64,000 bases of DNA, from assembly GCA_965248265.1 (NCBI GenBank), contig CBDFJF010000002.1, positions 1,280,001-1,344,000 on the forward strand, read 5' to 3'. The notes under the pieces were generated by a model. The model was not told the origin of the DNA, searched no databases, and saw nothing but the letters and a program-made list of their open reading frames with translations. This DNA is from Candidatus Latescibacterota bacterium (GTDB lineage Bacteria > Latescibacterota > UBA2968 > UBA8231). The translations under genes and the position numbers were made by a program. Position 1 is the stretch's first letter; each line of letters starts with the position of its first letter. This document shows positions 63,949 through 64,000 of this stretch, one piece after another.

Positions 63949-64000
63949 TGAAAAACGGACTTCCACCGATCGCCCTGCCGGACGGGACCGCGTTCCAGCT
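63945..64000 (+). CDS. 5' end of a third beta-helix paralogue (truncated by window edge)
   Basis: ATGA overlap with upstream stop; MMKNGLPPIALPDGTAFQ resembles LPILLPDGTQF and EPILLPDGTEFQ. Confidence 0.6.
   Translation, partial: MMKNGLPPIALPDGTAFQ

Overview
GC-rich bacterial window with no rRNA, tRNA, CRISPR array, transposase or phage genes that I can recognise. Gene content (FlgD/T9SS-like C-terminal domains, DUF4159, ExbD pair, expanded beta-propeller and Gfo/Idh/MocA families) suggests an uncultured diderm such as Latescibacterota or a relative; this is inference only. Positions 1-34.2 kb hold a dense carbohydrate/sugar-acid catabolic neighbourhood: GH10-like and GH106-like hydrolases, three related beta-propeller proteins, a tandem beta-helix pair, a sulfatase, two enolase-superfamily dehydratases, a lactonase-like amidohydrolase, an RraA-type aldolase, a rhamnose mutarotase and oxidoreductases. 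The same stretch has two deletion-eroded pseudogenes and an orphan exbB. At 34.2-41.9 kb on the minus strand are a UPF0182 gene and a 1595-aa fusion of a degenerate M28 peptidase with an FtsX-like permease. From 42.2 kb to the end is the most interesting part, a co-oriented cell-envelope locus. It encodes two ExbD proteins plus a third decayed copy, two lipoproteins, two secreted proteins with FlgD/T9SS-CTD-like tails, and three tandem ~950-aa paralogues that look like outer-membrane beta-barrels carrying a conserved Asp/Asn-rich calcium-binding-like block. It also encodes a PL22-like lyase, a giant TPR protein, a DUF5683-like protein, and a DUF4159 protein with a TonB-like His-containing anchor. 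I propose this is an uncharacterised, proton-motive-force-driven outer-membrane import/secretion system distinct from classical SusCD/TonB loci. All product calls come from motif recognition by eye; no database searches were run.
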